The notes: generated by a model not told the origin, from the letters alone. Shown: positions 17,448 through 28,189, numbered from the stretch's first letter. The stretch: DNA of 64,000 bases from Candidatus Nanohaloarchaea archaeon (GCA_042218075.1 JBDGRK010000003.1:32001-96000); one strand, 5' to 3'. Program-made: numbers and translations.

Positions 17448-19903
17448 TGGGAAAATACATACTGGGAAGGCTGAAAGAGAAGTTTGAAATCGGAGAGGAG
17501 GAGAGCCAGGAAGGCTTTCCCGACATGAATTATATTGTGGGTAATACAACGGGTAAAGATATTGGAGGGGAACCAAAAGTCCTTCACAGGAGAGTTGGAA
17601 GATTTGCTCAACTCGGAGGGAGCGTGGCAGAAATACTTATCGATAATCCTGCGACCTTTCAGGTTGAAAGAGAGGGGCTGCTTAATGTGCTTGAACAACT
17701 AAATTTGGATGCCTCTTTCCATGGTGATGCCAATCTAGGTTTTACAGCCGCCTATGCGACGAGAGCACAGGGGGTCAATTACGGATACAATTTAGCCCAC
17801 AGGTATTTCACGAGATTTCTTGAACAGCTTGCGAGTTTCAAGAGTGTAGTTGACAGAGGGGAATACAGATTTGAAACTGAATACGTGAATATGCACGCTT
17901 CAACAGCTCAGGCACCGCCTTTAGAGGAACAAATCCCCAGCGACAAGGTAATGGATCCTTTCGGTTACCCCTTGAGCAATGTAAGCGACCAGAACGGCGG
18001 TAAAAAAGTGAACATCTATGCCAACAAGGATTTCATGGAAAAAATAGTTGAATTCCTCCTTATACCTTATGTAAGAGATGTTGAAGTTTATCAGGGTCTT
18101 TCCCAAATTAATGAGAAGTTTGAGAGGGAATGGCAGGATTGTAGAGAGGATGAATTGAATAAAAAATGGGGTAATCTGCGGGGAGAAATTAAAAAGAAAG
18201 CTTCTGTTATACAGAACTCAAGACGAGTAGATCAGGAGATTGATTACGAGTTTGAATCTGAGGCAGAATCAGTAGAAATAGGGCCCATTAACCCTGAGGA
18301 GGATTTTGAAGAAGCGGCTCAGGAGCCTCCAGAAATTGAAAATCTTCGGGATATTTTCAGAAATGTTACAAGCCTTGTCAGGAGAGTTAGAGAGGTGAAA
18401 GAGAACAAATCGGTCGAGCAGAATTTTGGTGGGGGGAGGATAACTTACAATCTTGAGGATGATTACGATGATATTATCGGGAAGCTCGAAAATGTACTTG
18501 ATGAACTCTGGGAAGGAGAAGATGGTCTAAATTTCGAGGCTAAACAGAGCGCTCTGATAAATACTATTGACTATCTCCAGCAGGATGATATACTGGAAGA
18601 TGCTGCCGATGAAGGTATAAAGGAGGTTGCCGGGAAAGCTTTCGCCTGTAAAGAAGAGTTTGAAGGAATTCCAGAGGAAAGATTTCAGCGTTTTTTGGAG
18701 AAGACGAGAGCCGGCCGACAGGTAGAAAGAGAAATGGAGAAGGAATCAACTGCTTATTATCGTTTAATTCCAATCTGGTTAAGATATTCAGATCAGGATT
18801 ATGGTGAAAAACATCCTGGATGGGACGAACTGAAGTTCATCTGGGATACTATTGTAGGAAATAATGAAGACTATGAAAGCTATTTTGAATCAAGAGAGAA
18901 GTTCAGGGAAGCCCTTTCAGAAGACAAAGATTTTAGATCCGATATTACTGCAGCTGTAGGTTCTGCGTACTTGTGGGGTCATTTTACCCAGAGAGAAACG
19001 GATTTTGAATCCGACAAGCCTCGTGGTCCAGAGGAATGGGAGGGAGATGTAGATGAGTGGACTTCTTCTCATGATAAGTGGACTTGGGTGGAGTATATGA
19101 ACCAGTACGGATTGACAGTTAATATAGAATCAATGTATGGAGATCCAAGCAGTATTCTTAGATTGTGGAGGCCAAAAGATATTGCTGTAGCCTGTAGAGC
19201 AGTGAATAGAACTGCACAAAAACAATTTGAGGGATGGGAGCAGGATGAATATAGAGGACCATTTACCAAATTTACGATCGACCTCGAACACACAGCTTCA
19301 TTCGGTGTTGATCCAGAGCGGGAAATAGAAATCTTCTTCGATCAGGAAAGGGAACTTGCAGAGTCAGGTGAGATTGATGTTGAACCTGAGAAAGCTGTTT
19401 CTGATATACTGAAAACTTACCACCTGACAAAGCCCGGATTTGAACAGACAGGAGGTGTAGGTCACAGACATGGCCCTTTCAGCAGAGGTGATACAGTGCT
19501 CTATAGATATCTCTACAATCTCGTGGAGGCAGGTTTCTGCCGGAATCAGGATGATCCTGGAATAGTGATGTTTGAAATTGGAGGAGATTATCAGGAGGAG
19601 ATTTACATGATAAGAATAGCCATGAACATGATAGAACTTGGGATAGAGCCTGAAGAGGTGAAGGCCGAGAATGTGGATCCTTCAAAGGATCGCTACGAGG
19701 ATGAAAGGGAGGCTTTACTCGCAAGATTCTTCGGGCTCGATAAGCCCAACGTTGACAGGGAGTGGGCCAAGATCGAGGAGCACGCCTTTGACCCGCTTGA
19801 CGGATTGCTGGAGGCGGAAGGCTTCGACAATACCTATTCCGGCGGAGCGGCGCTGGAAAACGAGAACCGTCCCCAGGAATGGAAACAGGAAGAGTTCAAG
19901 TAA
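17447..19903 (+). CDS. Large TIM-barrel protein (xylose isomerase/AP endonuclease 2-like) with long helical insertion
   Basis: SFHG, NMHAS, NIES, TIDLEH, YHL, HRHGP, MFE metal-ligand order; 1-nt overlap with upstream stop. Confidence 0.65.
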   Translation: MGKYILGRLKEKFEIGEEESQEGFPDMNYIVGNTTGKDIGGEPKVLHRRVGRFAQLGGSVAEILIDNPATFQVEREGLLNVLEQLNLDASFHGDANLGFTAAYATRAQGVNYGYNLAHRYFTRFLEQLASFKSVVDRGEYRFETEYVNMHASTAQAPPLEEQIPSDKVMDPFGYPLSNVSDQNGGKKVNIYANKDFMEKIVEFLLIPYVRDVEVYQGLSQINEKFEREWQDCREDELNKKWGNLRGEIKKKASVIQNSRRVDQEIDYEFESEAESVEIGPINPEEDFEEAAQEPPEIENLRDIFRNVTSLVRRVREVKENKSVEQNFGGGRITYNLEDDYDDIIGKLENVLDELWEGEDGLNFEAKQSALINTIDYLQQDDILEDAADEGIKEVAGKAFACKEEFEGIPEERFQRFLEKTRAGRQVEREMEKESTAYYRLIPIWLRYSDQDYGEKHPGWDELKFIWDTIVGNNEDYESYFESREKFREALSEDKDFRSDITAAVGSAYLWGHFTQRETDFESDKPRGPEEWEGDVDEWTSSHDKWTWVEYMNQYGLTVNIESMYGDPSSILRLWRPKDIAVACRAVNRTAQKQFEGWEQDEYRGPFTKFTIDLEHTASFGVDPEREIEIFFDQERELAESGEIDVEPEKAVSDILKTYHLTKPGFEQTGGVGHRHGPFSRGDTVLYRYLYNLVEAGFCRNQDDPGIVMFEIGGDYQEEIYMIRIAMNMIELGIEPEEVKAENVDPSKDRYEDEREALLARFFGLDKPNVDREWAKIEEHAFDPLDGLLEAEGFDNTYSGGAALENENRPQEWKQEEFK

Positions 19904-19974
19904 ATTATTTACTCAAGAGTAACAATAATTCAGTAAAGTTTTTAAGGGTGAGGGTTCAACCTTTAGACGTGACC

Positions 19975-21231
19975 ATGAGTTCTAAAGAAAAAATGAAGGA
20001 GATGCGCGAAAAGTCCAAGGAGAGAAGAATGGAGGCTGCTGAAGAATTTTCAGATAAACTGGAGGAAAAACTGGGCGATAAACTGAAGGTAGTAGCTGTC
20101 TGGGGCAGTGTTCCTCAGGGTGAGCACGGATACGACTCTGATATTGATACACTTGTAATTCTGGACGATACCAAGCTGAAGAAAGATGTTCCGAAAGATG
20201 CACGGAAGAAGATAAGAAAGAAGGTAAACGACGCGGCCAAAGAGACTGATGAACGGATCACACTCCAGTACTTCCCATTTCTTACAGAGTTCTGGGACTC
20301 TCTCAGGAAGGGAGAACCGCTAGCGATTGAGGCGGTCAGGAACGGTGAACCCGTGTACGATACAGGTATATTCATGCCCGCGAAGCGTCTCCTGGAGAGG
20401 GGAAAGATCAAGGCCACTCGAGAGACTGTAAAGAAGAGGTTGAAGATGGCCGCGGCGGGATACAAGAAAGCGGAGAAAGACTTCAAGCAGTCGATCCCCC
20501 ACAAGCTGGAGCAGGTTATGGCTAACGCCGGACAGGCACCCATAATGCTAGTTGGCAAAAATCCGCCAGCAAAGGAGAAAGTTCCGGATACCCTTGAAGA
20601 GATGTTTGTGGAGAAGGATATGCTTGAGCCTGAATACGTGGACATGGCCCAGGACCTGTACGACTTCGGCAACAAGGGAGAGAAGGAATCCGATAAAGTC
20701 AAGGGAGAAGAAGTGGAGGAGCACCTTGAGAAAGCTGACGACTTCGTTAGGAGGATGCACAAGCTTGTATCCCAGCTTGGAGCCAAGAAGAAGGTCAAGA
20801 ATATAGTGGACGATTACAAGAGGTTCCTGAAGGCTAACGTTGCGATGCTGAAATCCCAGGGGATTGAACCTCCCGAAGACAGAGATGATCTGCCTGAGGT
20901 TGTCAGGGAAGAACTTGAAGTCGATGAAGACCACATGGAGATGTTCGAGAAGTGGGAGCAGATCATCGAGAAGGTCAAAGACAAGGATATGGAGGAAGTC
21001 AACGACAAGGAGCTCTACGAGCTGAAGCAGGATACAAAGGAGTTCGTCTCGAAGGTCGGAAAGGACCTCAAGGAAGCCAAGGAGGAAGAGAAGGAGGCCG
21101 AACAGATGACTCCGGAGATGGATACTTCTTCAATCGCCCAGGCAGCAGATACTGAGGATATGGTGCCCAACCTGGAGGAGAAGGCGGAGCAGGAAGTAGA
21201 GTCAGATGAAGAAGAGGAGAAAGAGGAATAG
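19975..21231 (+). CDS. Minimal nucleotidyltransferase domain fused to HEPN-like helical region
   Basis: WGSV..SDIDTLVILDD Pol-beta motif, then helical domain and acidic tail. Confidence 0.75.
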   Translation: MSSKEKMKEMREKSKERRMEAAEEFSDKLEEKLGDKLKVVAVWGSVPQGEHGYDSDIDTLVILDDTKLKKDVPKDARKKIRKKVNDAAKETDERITLQYFPFLTEFWDSLRKGEPLAIEAVRNGEPVYDTGIFMPAKRLLERGKIKATRETVKKRLKMAAAGYKKAEKDFKQSIPHKLEQVMANAGQAPIMLVGKNPPAKEKVPDTLEEMFVEKDMLEPEYVDMAQDLYDFGNKGEKESDKVKGEEVEEHLEKADDFVRRMHKLVSQLGAKKKVKNIVDDYKRFLKANVAMLKSQGIEPPEDRDDLPEVVREELEVDEDHMEMFEKWEQIIEKVKDKDMEEVNDKELYELKQDTKEFVSKVGKDLKEAKEEEKEAEQMTPEMDTSSIAQAADTEDMVPNLEEKAEQEVESDEEEEKEE

Positions 21232-21299
21232 AATTCTTCCGGGTTCTTTTCTTCTATTTCAGTTGTCAAAGATTATATCTTCTCCGGTCGAGCCTTTGT

Positions 21300-21515
21300 T
21301 CAGGTAGTGGACTTTTGGACGGTATATGATATCGATACAACTAAAGTTTCTTCACCAGTTATCCTTTCGTATTCCTCCAGAACTCTTACCAGGTCTTCAT
21401 ATACTTCAAGGGATCCTAGGGCAACTAGCGCGTCAAAGCTGCTTTTTCATTGAAGGAACGTACCTGTCGTTTGCTGTATTTCTGGCTCTCCAGCATCCTC
21501 GATAGAGACATGTTC
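21300..21515 (-). pseudogene. Possible decayed SAM methyltransferase fragment
   Basis: Interrupted frame ..FLQ*KSSFDALVALGSLEVYEDLVRVLEEYERI resembles the class I MTase motif IV region. Confidence 0.3.
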
Positions 21516-21580
21516 TCACTTCAATATAACAACTTTAAATAATCGCCTAGCTCGATATTCATAGACTACAGCTAAAGTTA

Positions 21581-21703
21581 TCAATCAGTTGAAACTGTTT
21601 CACCGCATTTGATGCATTCCTTTAATCCGGTTTCATCTTCCACGAACTCGTGGCCTCTTGCCCTGTAACATTTTCCGACTTCACGTGCAAATCCTCCGCT
21701 CAT
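21581..21703 (-). CDS. Zinc-binding microprotein, copy 1 (40 aa)
   Basis: MSGGFAREVGKCYRARGHEFVEDETGLKECIKCGETVSTD; paralog at 52893; TATA about 30 nt upstream. Confidence 0.75.
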   Translation of the reverse strand: MSGGFAREVGKCYRARGHEFVEDETGLKECIKCGETVSTD

Positions 21704-21845
21704 TAGATTATCAAATTTGGATGAATTCAGTTTATAATGAAGCGGGAAAGATGCCGGAAGTTCCGCCAAACCTGAAGGTTTTTGAAGATGGAAGTTTTCT
21801 GTCTTCCCACAATCAATTATACGTCCGAAAGGCATGTATTTAGTG

Positions 21846-22241
21846 ATGGCTATTGAAAGAGTACTCTACATCTGTACCGGGAACAGTTTCAGGAGTCCTG
21901 CGGCCGAAGCCCTGACAAGGAAGTATTATCCTGATCTGGAGCTTGAATCGGCTGGTACTGAAGCTACCGATCACATCGCCAAGAACATGAAGAGACTGCT
22001 GACTGAAGAAGGTGCGATTCAGTACGTTAAACCTCAACCGGACCAGGTTTCTGAAAGAGCAGTTAATCAGGCGGACAGGATCGTCTGCATGATGCCTGAG
22101 CACAGGGAATTTCTAATGGAAAACTTCGATGTAGAGGAAGAGAAGATCCAAGTCTGGAACATAGAAGATCCGATCAGGCCGCATGTGAGTGTTAGTGAAG
22201 CTTTTGAACAGATTGAAAATGAGGTAAAGAATTTATTTTGA
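21846..22241 (+). CDS. Low-molecular-weight phosphatase / ArsC family
   Basis: CTGNSFRS P-loop, SAG, WNIEDP. Confidence 0.88.
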   Translation: MAIERVLYICTGNSFRSPAAEALTRKYYPDLELESAGTEATDHIAKNMKRLLTEEGAIQYVKPQPDQVSERAVNQADRIVCMMPEHREFLMENFDVEEEKIQVWNIEDPIRPHVSVSEAFEQIENEVKNLF

Positions 22242-22263
22242 AACTATCAACTATTAAACGAAT

Positions 22264-22968
22264 TCACTGTCTTATGTCACCCGCCCATTTTTCTATAAGT
22301 TCTTCGTGCTCATTTTCATCGTCAATATTTTCCCTTATTTCTTCTGCTGTGACTTCAGGTTCTCTCGTCTCTATTTTATCTTCTCCACGTATGATATCAT
22401 CAAAATTGTAGACTATCCTATCTGCGTAAATCATTATTTCTCTCAACGACTGCATTTTTGAAAAATCATCCTTGAAGCGGGAATTCACGAGTCTCAGGTC
22501 ATCGTATATAGTATCGGTTCCCATCCTATATTCCCTATTTCTTACAGTTCCTCTATTATTGTTTTCTGCTATTTTCCTTAACCTTGTCTTTCTGGATTCT
22601 ATTTCCGTTACCATTTCCTCTATCGTTCTCTCCTCCCAAAAATTCTCCTCTACTTTTTCTACTTCAAAAGTTAGGGTTTCTTCAATCTCGTGTCTCAACT
22701 TATTCATTTTTGGCACATATTTCCTAATTACTTGAGATATTTCCCTACCTTCTTCATATTCTCGACCTGCATCTACCATCAAGTGGTCTATAGCTTTGGT
22801 ATAATTGTTTAAATCCTCGAAAATTTCCGGGCTCGCATCAGCCACAATTTCAGTATAGGATTGCACCAATCCCTTGAAGTCTCTCAGATACCTTATCATT
22901 TCATCCCTGCTTCTTCTATCCGCATTCCTTTCATTCGGTCTTCTTCTGTCATCCCGGTCATCGAGCAT
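22264..22968 (-). CDS. Hypothetical helical protein (AT-rich orphan)
   Basis: 234 aa charged ORF. Confidence 0.6.
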   Translation of the reverse strand: MLDDRDDRRRPNERNADRRSRDEMIRYLRDFKGLVQSYTEIVADASPEIFEDLNNYTKAIDHLMVDAGREYEEGREISQVIRKYVPKMNKLRHEIEETLTFEVEKVEENFWEERTIEEMVTEIESRKTRLRKIAENNNRGTVRNREYRMGTDTIYDDLRLVNSRFKDDFSKMQSLREIMIYADRIVYNFDDIIRGEDKIETREPEVTAEEIRENIDDENEHEELIEKWAGDIRQ

Positions 22969-23062
22969 GAGCCTGGTTTAGTTATTAAGGTATAATAACT
23001 TGACTGAATAAGTCTTGAGAAATTATTTTCAAGATTTCTAAACCTCTCCTACAATTAGTAAA

Positions 23063-23692
23063 TTACTCCTCTTCCTGCATCTCCTTGATCTTTTTCATCC
23101 GGAAAGTTTCCTCTCTCGCGGATTCTTCGAGTGACTGGGAGACCATGTCCAGTGCATCCTTGAACTCCGGTATGACCTTGTGCTCCAGCGCGTTGACTCT
23201 CCTCTTGGTCTTCTCTATCTCTTCCAGCAGCTTCAGTATCTTTGTCTGGGTTTCCGCCGCTTCTACAACCTTCTCCAGCAGTTCTTCATACTTCTCAGCG
23301 ACTGAATCCACTCTTGAAGTCGCGGAAGTCATACCATACTCTCTCTCCATGATGGTCCTAGAGATTCCCTCCGACTCAATCTCCGGTACGACAACTCCCA
23401 TGATATTCCTTGTATCTGAATTAATCGTGGGTTCAGAATTTACTGGGAAGGCGTTTGACTTGACGATGTCCTCACCGTCGTAAACTTTCGCCAGAAGCAT
23501 TTTCAGCCTGGCTTCGGAGTAGAGGCTGGCTAGCTCTTCGTTCACCTCCCTCGCCTCCCCGGCGATTTCCATGAATTCGTGGATCAAGCCATCACGCTTC
23601 TTCTCCAGTATCTCGTGGCCGTTCTCCGCGAGTTCAATCCTCTCCTTCAGCCGTAATTCTTCCGAACGCGTTGGTTTAACATCCTGGCTCAT
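23063..23692 (-). CDS. atpD: A1Ao ATP synthase subunit D
   Basis: KPTRSE, LEKKRDGL, KTKRRVNALE. Confidence 0.96.
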   Translation of the reverse strand: MSQDVKPTRSEELRLKERIELAENGHEILEKKRDGLIHEFMEIAGEAREVNEELASLYSEARLKMLLAKVYDGEDIVKSNAFPVNSEPTINSDTRNIMGVVVPEIESEGISRTIMEREYGMTSATSRVDSVAEKYEELLEKVVEAAETQTKILKLLEEIEKTKRRVNALEHKVIPEFKDALDMVSQSLEESAREETFRMKKIKEMQEEE

Positions 23693-23964
23693 ATAGTTTC
23701 ACCTATTTCCGAAATTCTATCCAGGGTATATCCTTCAGGTAACTGGATATTTTCTACCACTGTTGTTTTTTCCTTTTTCCTGAACACACCATGCATCTCT
23801 TCTGTCATTTTCATTCTATAGGCTCCGTTTTTTCCTACTCTGAGCTCTATTTCATCGGCTGATTTTACTTCACTTACATCCTCTCCGTCTTCTGAAGCCC
23901 TGTAAAAATCTTGGGCGTAGCGAACCGGAATTTCATACCTTGATGTATCCGAGAGCTTGATCAT
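23689..23964 (-). CDS. Orphan gene between atpB and atpD
   Basis: ATG 4 nt after atpB stop; its stop overlaps atpD ATG (ATGA). Confidence 0.6.
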   Translation of the reverse strand: MIKLSDTSRYEIPVRYAQDFYRASEDGEDVSEVKSADEIELRVGKNGAYRMKMTEEMHGVFRKKEKTTVVENIQLPEGYTLDRISEIGETI

Positions 23965-23968
23965 CTTC

Positions 23969-25357
23969 CTATTCGAAGCTAGGACCCCGGTTTTCAAGGT
24001 ATTTTTCCCTGGTTTCAGGATCGATTCTCGTCAGCTCTGATTCCGGTAGTAGTGAAAGCAGGTCCCAGGAAAGCGATAGCGAATCGTTGATGTCGCGGTT
24101 CTCCCTGTATCCTTGCCCGACAAAGTGCTCCTCGAACTTTTCCGCGAAGTTCAGGATTTTCTCGTCTTTCTCCGATAGAGCGTCCTCCCCGACGATCGCC
24201 ACTAGATCTCTGAGTGATTCTCCCTCGGCGTACATCGCGTAGAGCTGGTCGGAGACATCCGGATGGTCCGCTCTCGTGTAGCCCTTTCCGACTCCGTTGT
24301 CCATCAACCTTGATAGCGAAGGTAAGACGTTGATCGGTGGCTGATGTCCCTTGTTCTGCAGGTCACGATCCACGACAATCTGTCCCTCCGTAATGTAACC
24401 TGTGAGGTCAGGGATGGGATGCGTTATATCGTCGTTGGGCATTGTCAGTATCGGGATCTGGGTAACTGATCCCTCCTCGCCCTTGATCAAACCCGCTCTC
24501 TCGTAGAGCTGCGCGAGATTGGTATACATGTATCCCGGGTATCCTCTCCTTCCCGGAACTTCCTCTCTCGCAGCTGAAACTTCTCTGAGGGCGTTGCAGT
24601 AGTTGGTCATGTCGGTAAGGATTACCAGCACCTCGTATCCCTTCTCGAATGCAAGGTACTCTGCGGTCGTGAGTGCCATCCTTGGCGTGATGATCCTCTC
24701 CGGAGCGGGATCCGAGGCCTTGTTCAGGAACACCACGGATCTCTCTAGGGCTCCTGTCTCCCGGAACTCCTCGATGAAGTCTTGGGATTCTTCCTCGGTG
24801 ATTCCCATGCCCGCGAATACTACAGCAAACTCCTCATCCTCTCCCTGAACATCCGCCTGTCTCGCAATCTGCATCGCAAGTTCGTTGTGCGGTAATCCGG
24901 AACCCGAGAATATAGGCAGTTTCTGGCCCCTGACCAGAGTGTTCATGACGTCGATACTTGAAATTCCCGTCTGGATGAAGTCCTCAGGGAGTTCTCTGGA
25001 GTAGGGATTGATCGCCTCTCCGATAATGTCTCTTTCCTCATCCGGGATCACTTCCGGACCGTCATCAATCGGGTTGCCTGTACCGTCTAGGATCCTTCCC
25101 AGGAGATCTTCAGTTACCGGCATCTTCACGTTCTCGTTAAGGAATCGGACTGATGCGTCCCGTCCGATTCCCCTTGTCTCCTCGTAGACCTGTACGACTA
25201 CTACATCCTTCGAGGTCTCAAGGACTTCTCCCTTCTTGACCTGCCCATCAGGGGTCTCAACTTCCACAATATCTCCATATGCTATATCGTCGGTTTTCTC
25301 GACATATACCAGAGGTCCTTTGACCTCGTTGATCGTCTTGTACTCTTGTTGTGTCAT
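23969..25357 (-). CDS. atpB: A1Ao ATP synthase subunit B
   Basis: [41 protein letters not shown]. Confidence 0.98.
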   Translation of the reverse strand: MTQQEYKTINEVKGPLVYVEKTDDIAYGDIVEVETPDGQVKKGEVLETSKDVVVVQVYEETRGIGRDASVRFLNENVKMPVTEDLLGRILDGTGNPIDDGPEVIPDEERDIIGEAINPYSRELPEDFIQTGISSIDVMNTLVRGQKLPIFSGSGLPHNELAMQIARQADVQGEDEEFAVVFAGMGITEEESQDFIEEFRETGALERSVVFLNKASDPAPERIITPRMALTTAEYLAFEKGYEVLVILTDMTNYCNALREVSAAREEVPGRRGYPGYMYTNLAQLYERAGLIKGEEGSVTQIPILTMPNDDITHPIPDLTGYITEGQIVVDRDLQNKGHQPPINVLPSLSRLMDNGVGKGYTRADHPDVSDQLYAMYAEGESLRDLVAIVGEDALSEKDEKILNFAEKFEEHFVGQGYRENRDINDSLSLSWDLLSLLPESELTRIDPETREKYLENRGPSFE

Positions 25358-25373
25358 AGTATCTGTTTCACCC

Positions 25374-25769
25374 TCAGTTTTCAGTAAAATCTCCTATTAT
25401 TTCTGCAGAAATTTCTAATTTGGTTTCGACTTGATCGTATTTATCTTCCAATTTCTTATCCAATTTTCTGGCCAATTCTTTTGCTTCCATGTAATTACCT
25501 TCCCTTAGATATCTTTTGAGATTTCCCGCTTCTTCAACATCTGTACGCTCAACAAGATCCTCGAGAGGCGACTCTAATAGTTGTTCAGCTACTTTGCTTG
25601 ATACTTCTTCAGAACTTAATATTCTTGCTATCTGGCCGTCTGCATAGGTGGCTGGATATTCAGGATCAAAACCCGCATATAGTTCCACTATTTCTTCATG
25701 CGGGCCTATAAGTTCTTTGGAAGGTGTCCTCAACTTTCCATCACCCTTGAACTCCTTCTTGAATGTCAT
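25374..25769 (-). CDS. Orphan gene between atpA and atpB
   Basis: Acidic AT-rich ORF; start uncertain (MTFKK). Confidence 0.55.
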   Translation of the reverse strand: MTFKKEFKGDGKLRTPSKELIGPHEEIVELYAGFDPEYPATYADGQIARILSSEEVSSKVAEQLLESPLEDLVERTDVEEAGNLKRYLREGNYMEAKELARKLDKKLEDKYDQVETKLEISAEIIGDFTEN

Positions 25770-26058
25770 ATTCGTTTTCATCATCAAGCTTTTCTTCTCT
25801 CACTGAATCCATATCTCCCTGGCTTGTGGAAGTAGTTGACCTGTCCAGAGGAAGTAGGTCTATATGGTATTGATCTTCTAGAGTTTCTACAACCGCAGCT
25901 ACAGACTCCCAGTCCCGGTCATCAATCTGTCTTTCAAGTGTTTCCACCATCCCAAGACATAGATCTTCTACTTGACTCACTAACTCATCTGTATAAGTTT
26001 CATCCCTGCTGTATCTCTCCGAAAGATGTCTGGCATAGGGTACAGTTTCCACGCTCAT
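25741..26058 (-). CDS. Orphan gene between atpA and atpB
   Basis: ATG overlaps atpA stop (ATGA); acidic 105 aa. Confidence 0.55.
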   Translation of the reverse strand: MSVETVPYARHLSERYSRDETYTDELVSQVEDLCLGMVETLERQIDDRDWESVAAVVETLEDQYHIDLLPLDRSTTSTSQGDMDSVREEKLDDENEYDIQEGVQG

Positions 26059-27818
26059 TCCTCAACCACCTCTCTGAATTCTTTCTCCATCTCTTCTCTA
26101 ATCTCGTCCCTTAATTCCTGGTAGTTTTCCTCGAACTTGAGCTCGGAAATCCTGTTGGAGGCATCCAGGGAGATTATATCCTCTACAAGAGCACCCTGTT
26201 CAAGTGCTTCATAGGCCTGGTCCGCCCACTCTAAAATCAGCTCCAGTATCTCGAAGGTTTTCTCCGGGTCCGAGTACTGGTCTACTTCGTGGAACGCATT
26301 CTGCTGCAGGTAGAACTGCTTTATCATGGTTCCTATCTCAAGAGTCAGTCTCTCCCTGTCCGGAAGCGCGTCTTTACCCACTAGCTGGACAGTCTCCTGC
26401 AGCTCTCCATCCTTCTGGAGGATATCTTTCATCCTCTGGATATTGTCCGACCATTCAGAGTTAACTTCTCTCTCAAAGTAATTGGATAGCATCTCCGAGT
26501 AACCCGAGTATGAGTCATCCCAGTTGATCGCGGGGAAGTGCCTCTTCTCTGCAAGATCTGAATCAAGAGCCCAGAAGTTTTTAACCACTCTCAAAGTGTT
26601 CTGGGTTACCGGTTCTGAAAAGTCTCCGCCCGGCGGTGAAACAGCGCCGATAATCGACACCGATCCGGGTTCCTCAGGTCCCAGCGGTTCAACCCTTCCA
26701 GCCCTCTCGTAGAACTCCGCGAGCTTTGAAGCCAGGTAGGCGGGAAAACCTCTCTCGCCGGGCATCTCTTCAAGCCTGGATGAGATTTCTCGCATCGCCT
26801 CCGCCCACCTTGAAGTGGAGTCCGCCATCAGCGCAACATCGAGACCCTGGTCGCGGAAGTACTCGGCGATAGTTATCCCGGTATAAATCGAGGCCTCTCT
26901 CGCCGCAACAGGCATGTTGGAAGTGTTCGCAATCAGTACCGTACGGTTGATTATCTTGTCGCCGGTCTGCGGATCTTCCAGCTCCGGGAACTCTTCCAGC
27001 ACTTCTGTCATCTCGTTTCCTCTCTCCCCGCATCCGATGTAGACGATTATATCGGCGTCCGCAAACTTCGCGAGCGACTGCTGTGTCACCGTCTTGCCTG
27101 ATCCGAAAGGTCCCGGGATTGCTGCTGTACCTCCCTTCGCAAGAGGGAAAAGTCCGTCCAGAACTCTCTGTCCGGTTATCAGCGGAATTTCAGGTTTCAG
27201 GTCGTCTTTAACCTCTCTTGACTCCCTGATCGGCCATTCCTGCCTCATCGAGACTTCCTCGCCATCAACGACAGCAACTGTATCTTCAACAGTAAATTCT
27301 CCCTGCTTTATCTCTTCAACTTCTCCCTCAATACCGGGAGGAAGCATTACCTTGTGTTCGCCGTACTCCACCTCGGTCAAGCCGAGAACATCTCCGCCTT
27401 TCACGTACTTGCCTTCCTCCGTCTCTGGCTCGAACTCGTATTTTTTTTCCGGGTCGATTCCCGGTGCGTCTTCTCCCCTTGAGATGAATGCTCCGGTCTT
27501 CTCCTCCAGATCCGGTAGAGGTCTCTGTAGTCCATCGTAGATCGATCCAAGCAGTCCGGGTCCTAGCTCAACTGAAAGAGGTTGCCCGGTGTTTTTAACC
27601 GGTTCTCCCGGCCTTATGCCCGTAGTTTCCTCGTATACCTGTATGTACGTTTTATCTCCCTCTATCTGGATGACCTCGCCCATCAGTCCTTCCTCTCCTA
27701 CCTGGACGACGTCGTTCATCTGCGGGTTCATATCTTTTGCTATAACCACCGGTCCCGCCACCTTGTAGATTTCGCCTTCAGATTCTGATTGTTCGATCTG
27801 CTTCTGAGATTGTGCCAT
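26055..27818 (-). CDS. atpA: A1Ao ATP synthase subunit A (no intein)
   Basis: [38 protein letters not shown]. Confidence 0.98.
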   Translation of the reverse strand: MAQSQKQIEQSESEGEIYKVAGPVVIAKDMNPQMNDVVQVGEEGLMGEVIQIEGDKTYIQVYEETTGIRPGEPVKNTGQPLSVELGPGLLGSIYDGLQRPLPDLEEKTGAFISRGEDAPGIDPEKKYEFEPETEEGKYVKGGDVLGLTEVEYGEHKVMLPPGIEGEVEEIKQGEFTVEDTVAVVDGEEVSMRQEWPIRESREVKDDLKPEIPLITGQRVLDGLFPLAKGGTAAIPGPFGSGKTVTQQSLAKFADADIIVYIGCGERGNEMTEVLEEFPELEDPQTGDKIINRTVLIANTSNMPVAAREASIYTGITIAEYFRDQGLDVALMADSTSRWAEAMREISSRLEEMPGERGFPAYLASKLAEFYERAGRVEPLGPEEPGSVSIIGAVSPPGGDFSEPVTQNTLRVVKNFWALDSDLAEKRHFPAINWDDSYSGYSEMLSNYFEREVNSEWSDNIQRMKDILQKDGELQETVQLVGKDALPDRERLTLEIGTMIKQFYLQQNAFHEVDQYSDPEKTFEILELILEWADQAYEALEQGALVEDIISLDASNRISELKFEENYQELRDEIREEMEKEFREVVEE

Positions 27819-27868
27819 TTTAACTTACACCCTAGTATTCTTTACGAAAACACTTTCCATGCATTTTT

Positions 27869-28177
27869 TCATGAAATATCTACCCCGATTACTTTCTGGA
27901 TTTTGTGCTGTAGCTGTGCATCCTCCGCAGTCTCTGAGAGCGTGACAACGACCGGATCCACCGATTCGTTAACCCTTCTTCTCAACCTGTCTGGAAGCTT
28001 TTTCACATCCGATTCCTCCGCCACCAGGATTCCCACATCATCTCTTTCTATAAGCTCTTCAATTTTCTGTTCATAGTTTTCAGTTCCGAAGACTTTCTGG
28101 ATTCCCGCCAGCTGGAAGCCCAGAGTGAACTCCTCTTCGCCTATAACTGCTATAGATTTCCTGTCATCCTTATCCAT
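27869..28177 (-). CDS. atpF: A1Ao ATP synthase subunit F
   Basis: IAVIGEEEFTLGFQLAGI..IQKVIGVDI. Confidence 0.93.
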   Translation of the reverse strand: MDKDDRKSIAVIGEEEFTLGFQLAGIQKVFGTENYEQKIEELIERDDVGILVAEESDVKKLPDRLRRRVNESVDPVVVTLSETAEDAQLQHKIQKVIGVDIS

Positions 28178-28189
28178 CTATGATCAACC

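Noticed and set aside
20115-20798. Ser/Phe-rich antisense ORFs here and throughout the window
   Set aside because: Shadow frames of Glu/Lys-rich coding strands
26055-27818. Intein in atpA
   Set aside because: Normal 587-aa length; GSGKT-VTQ is contiguous
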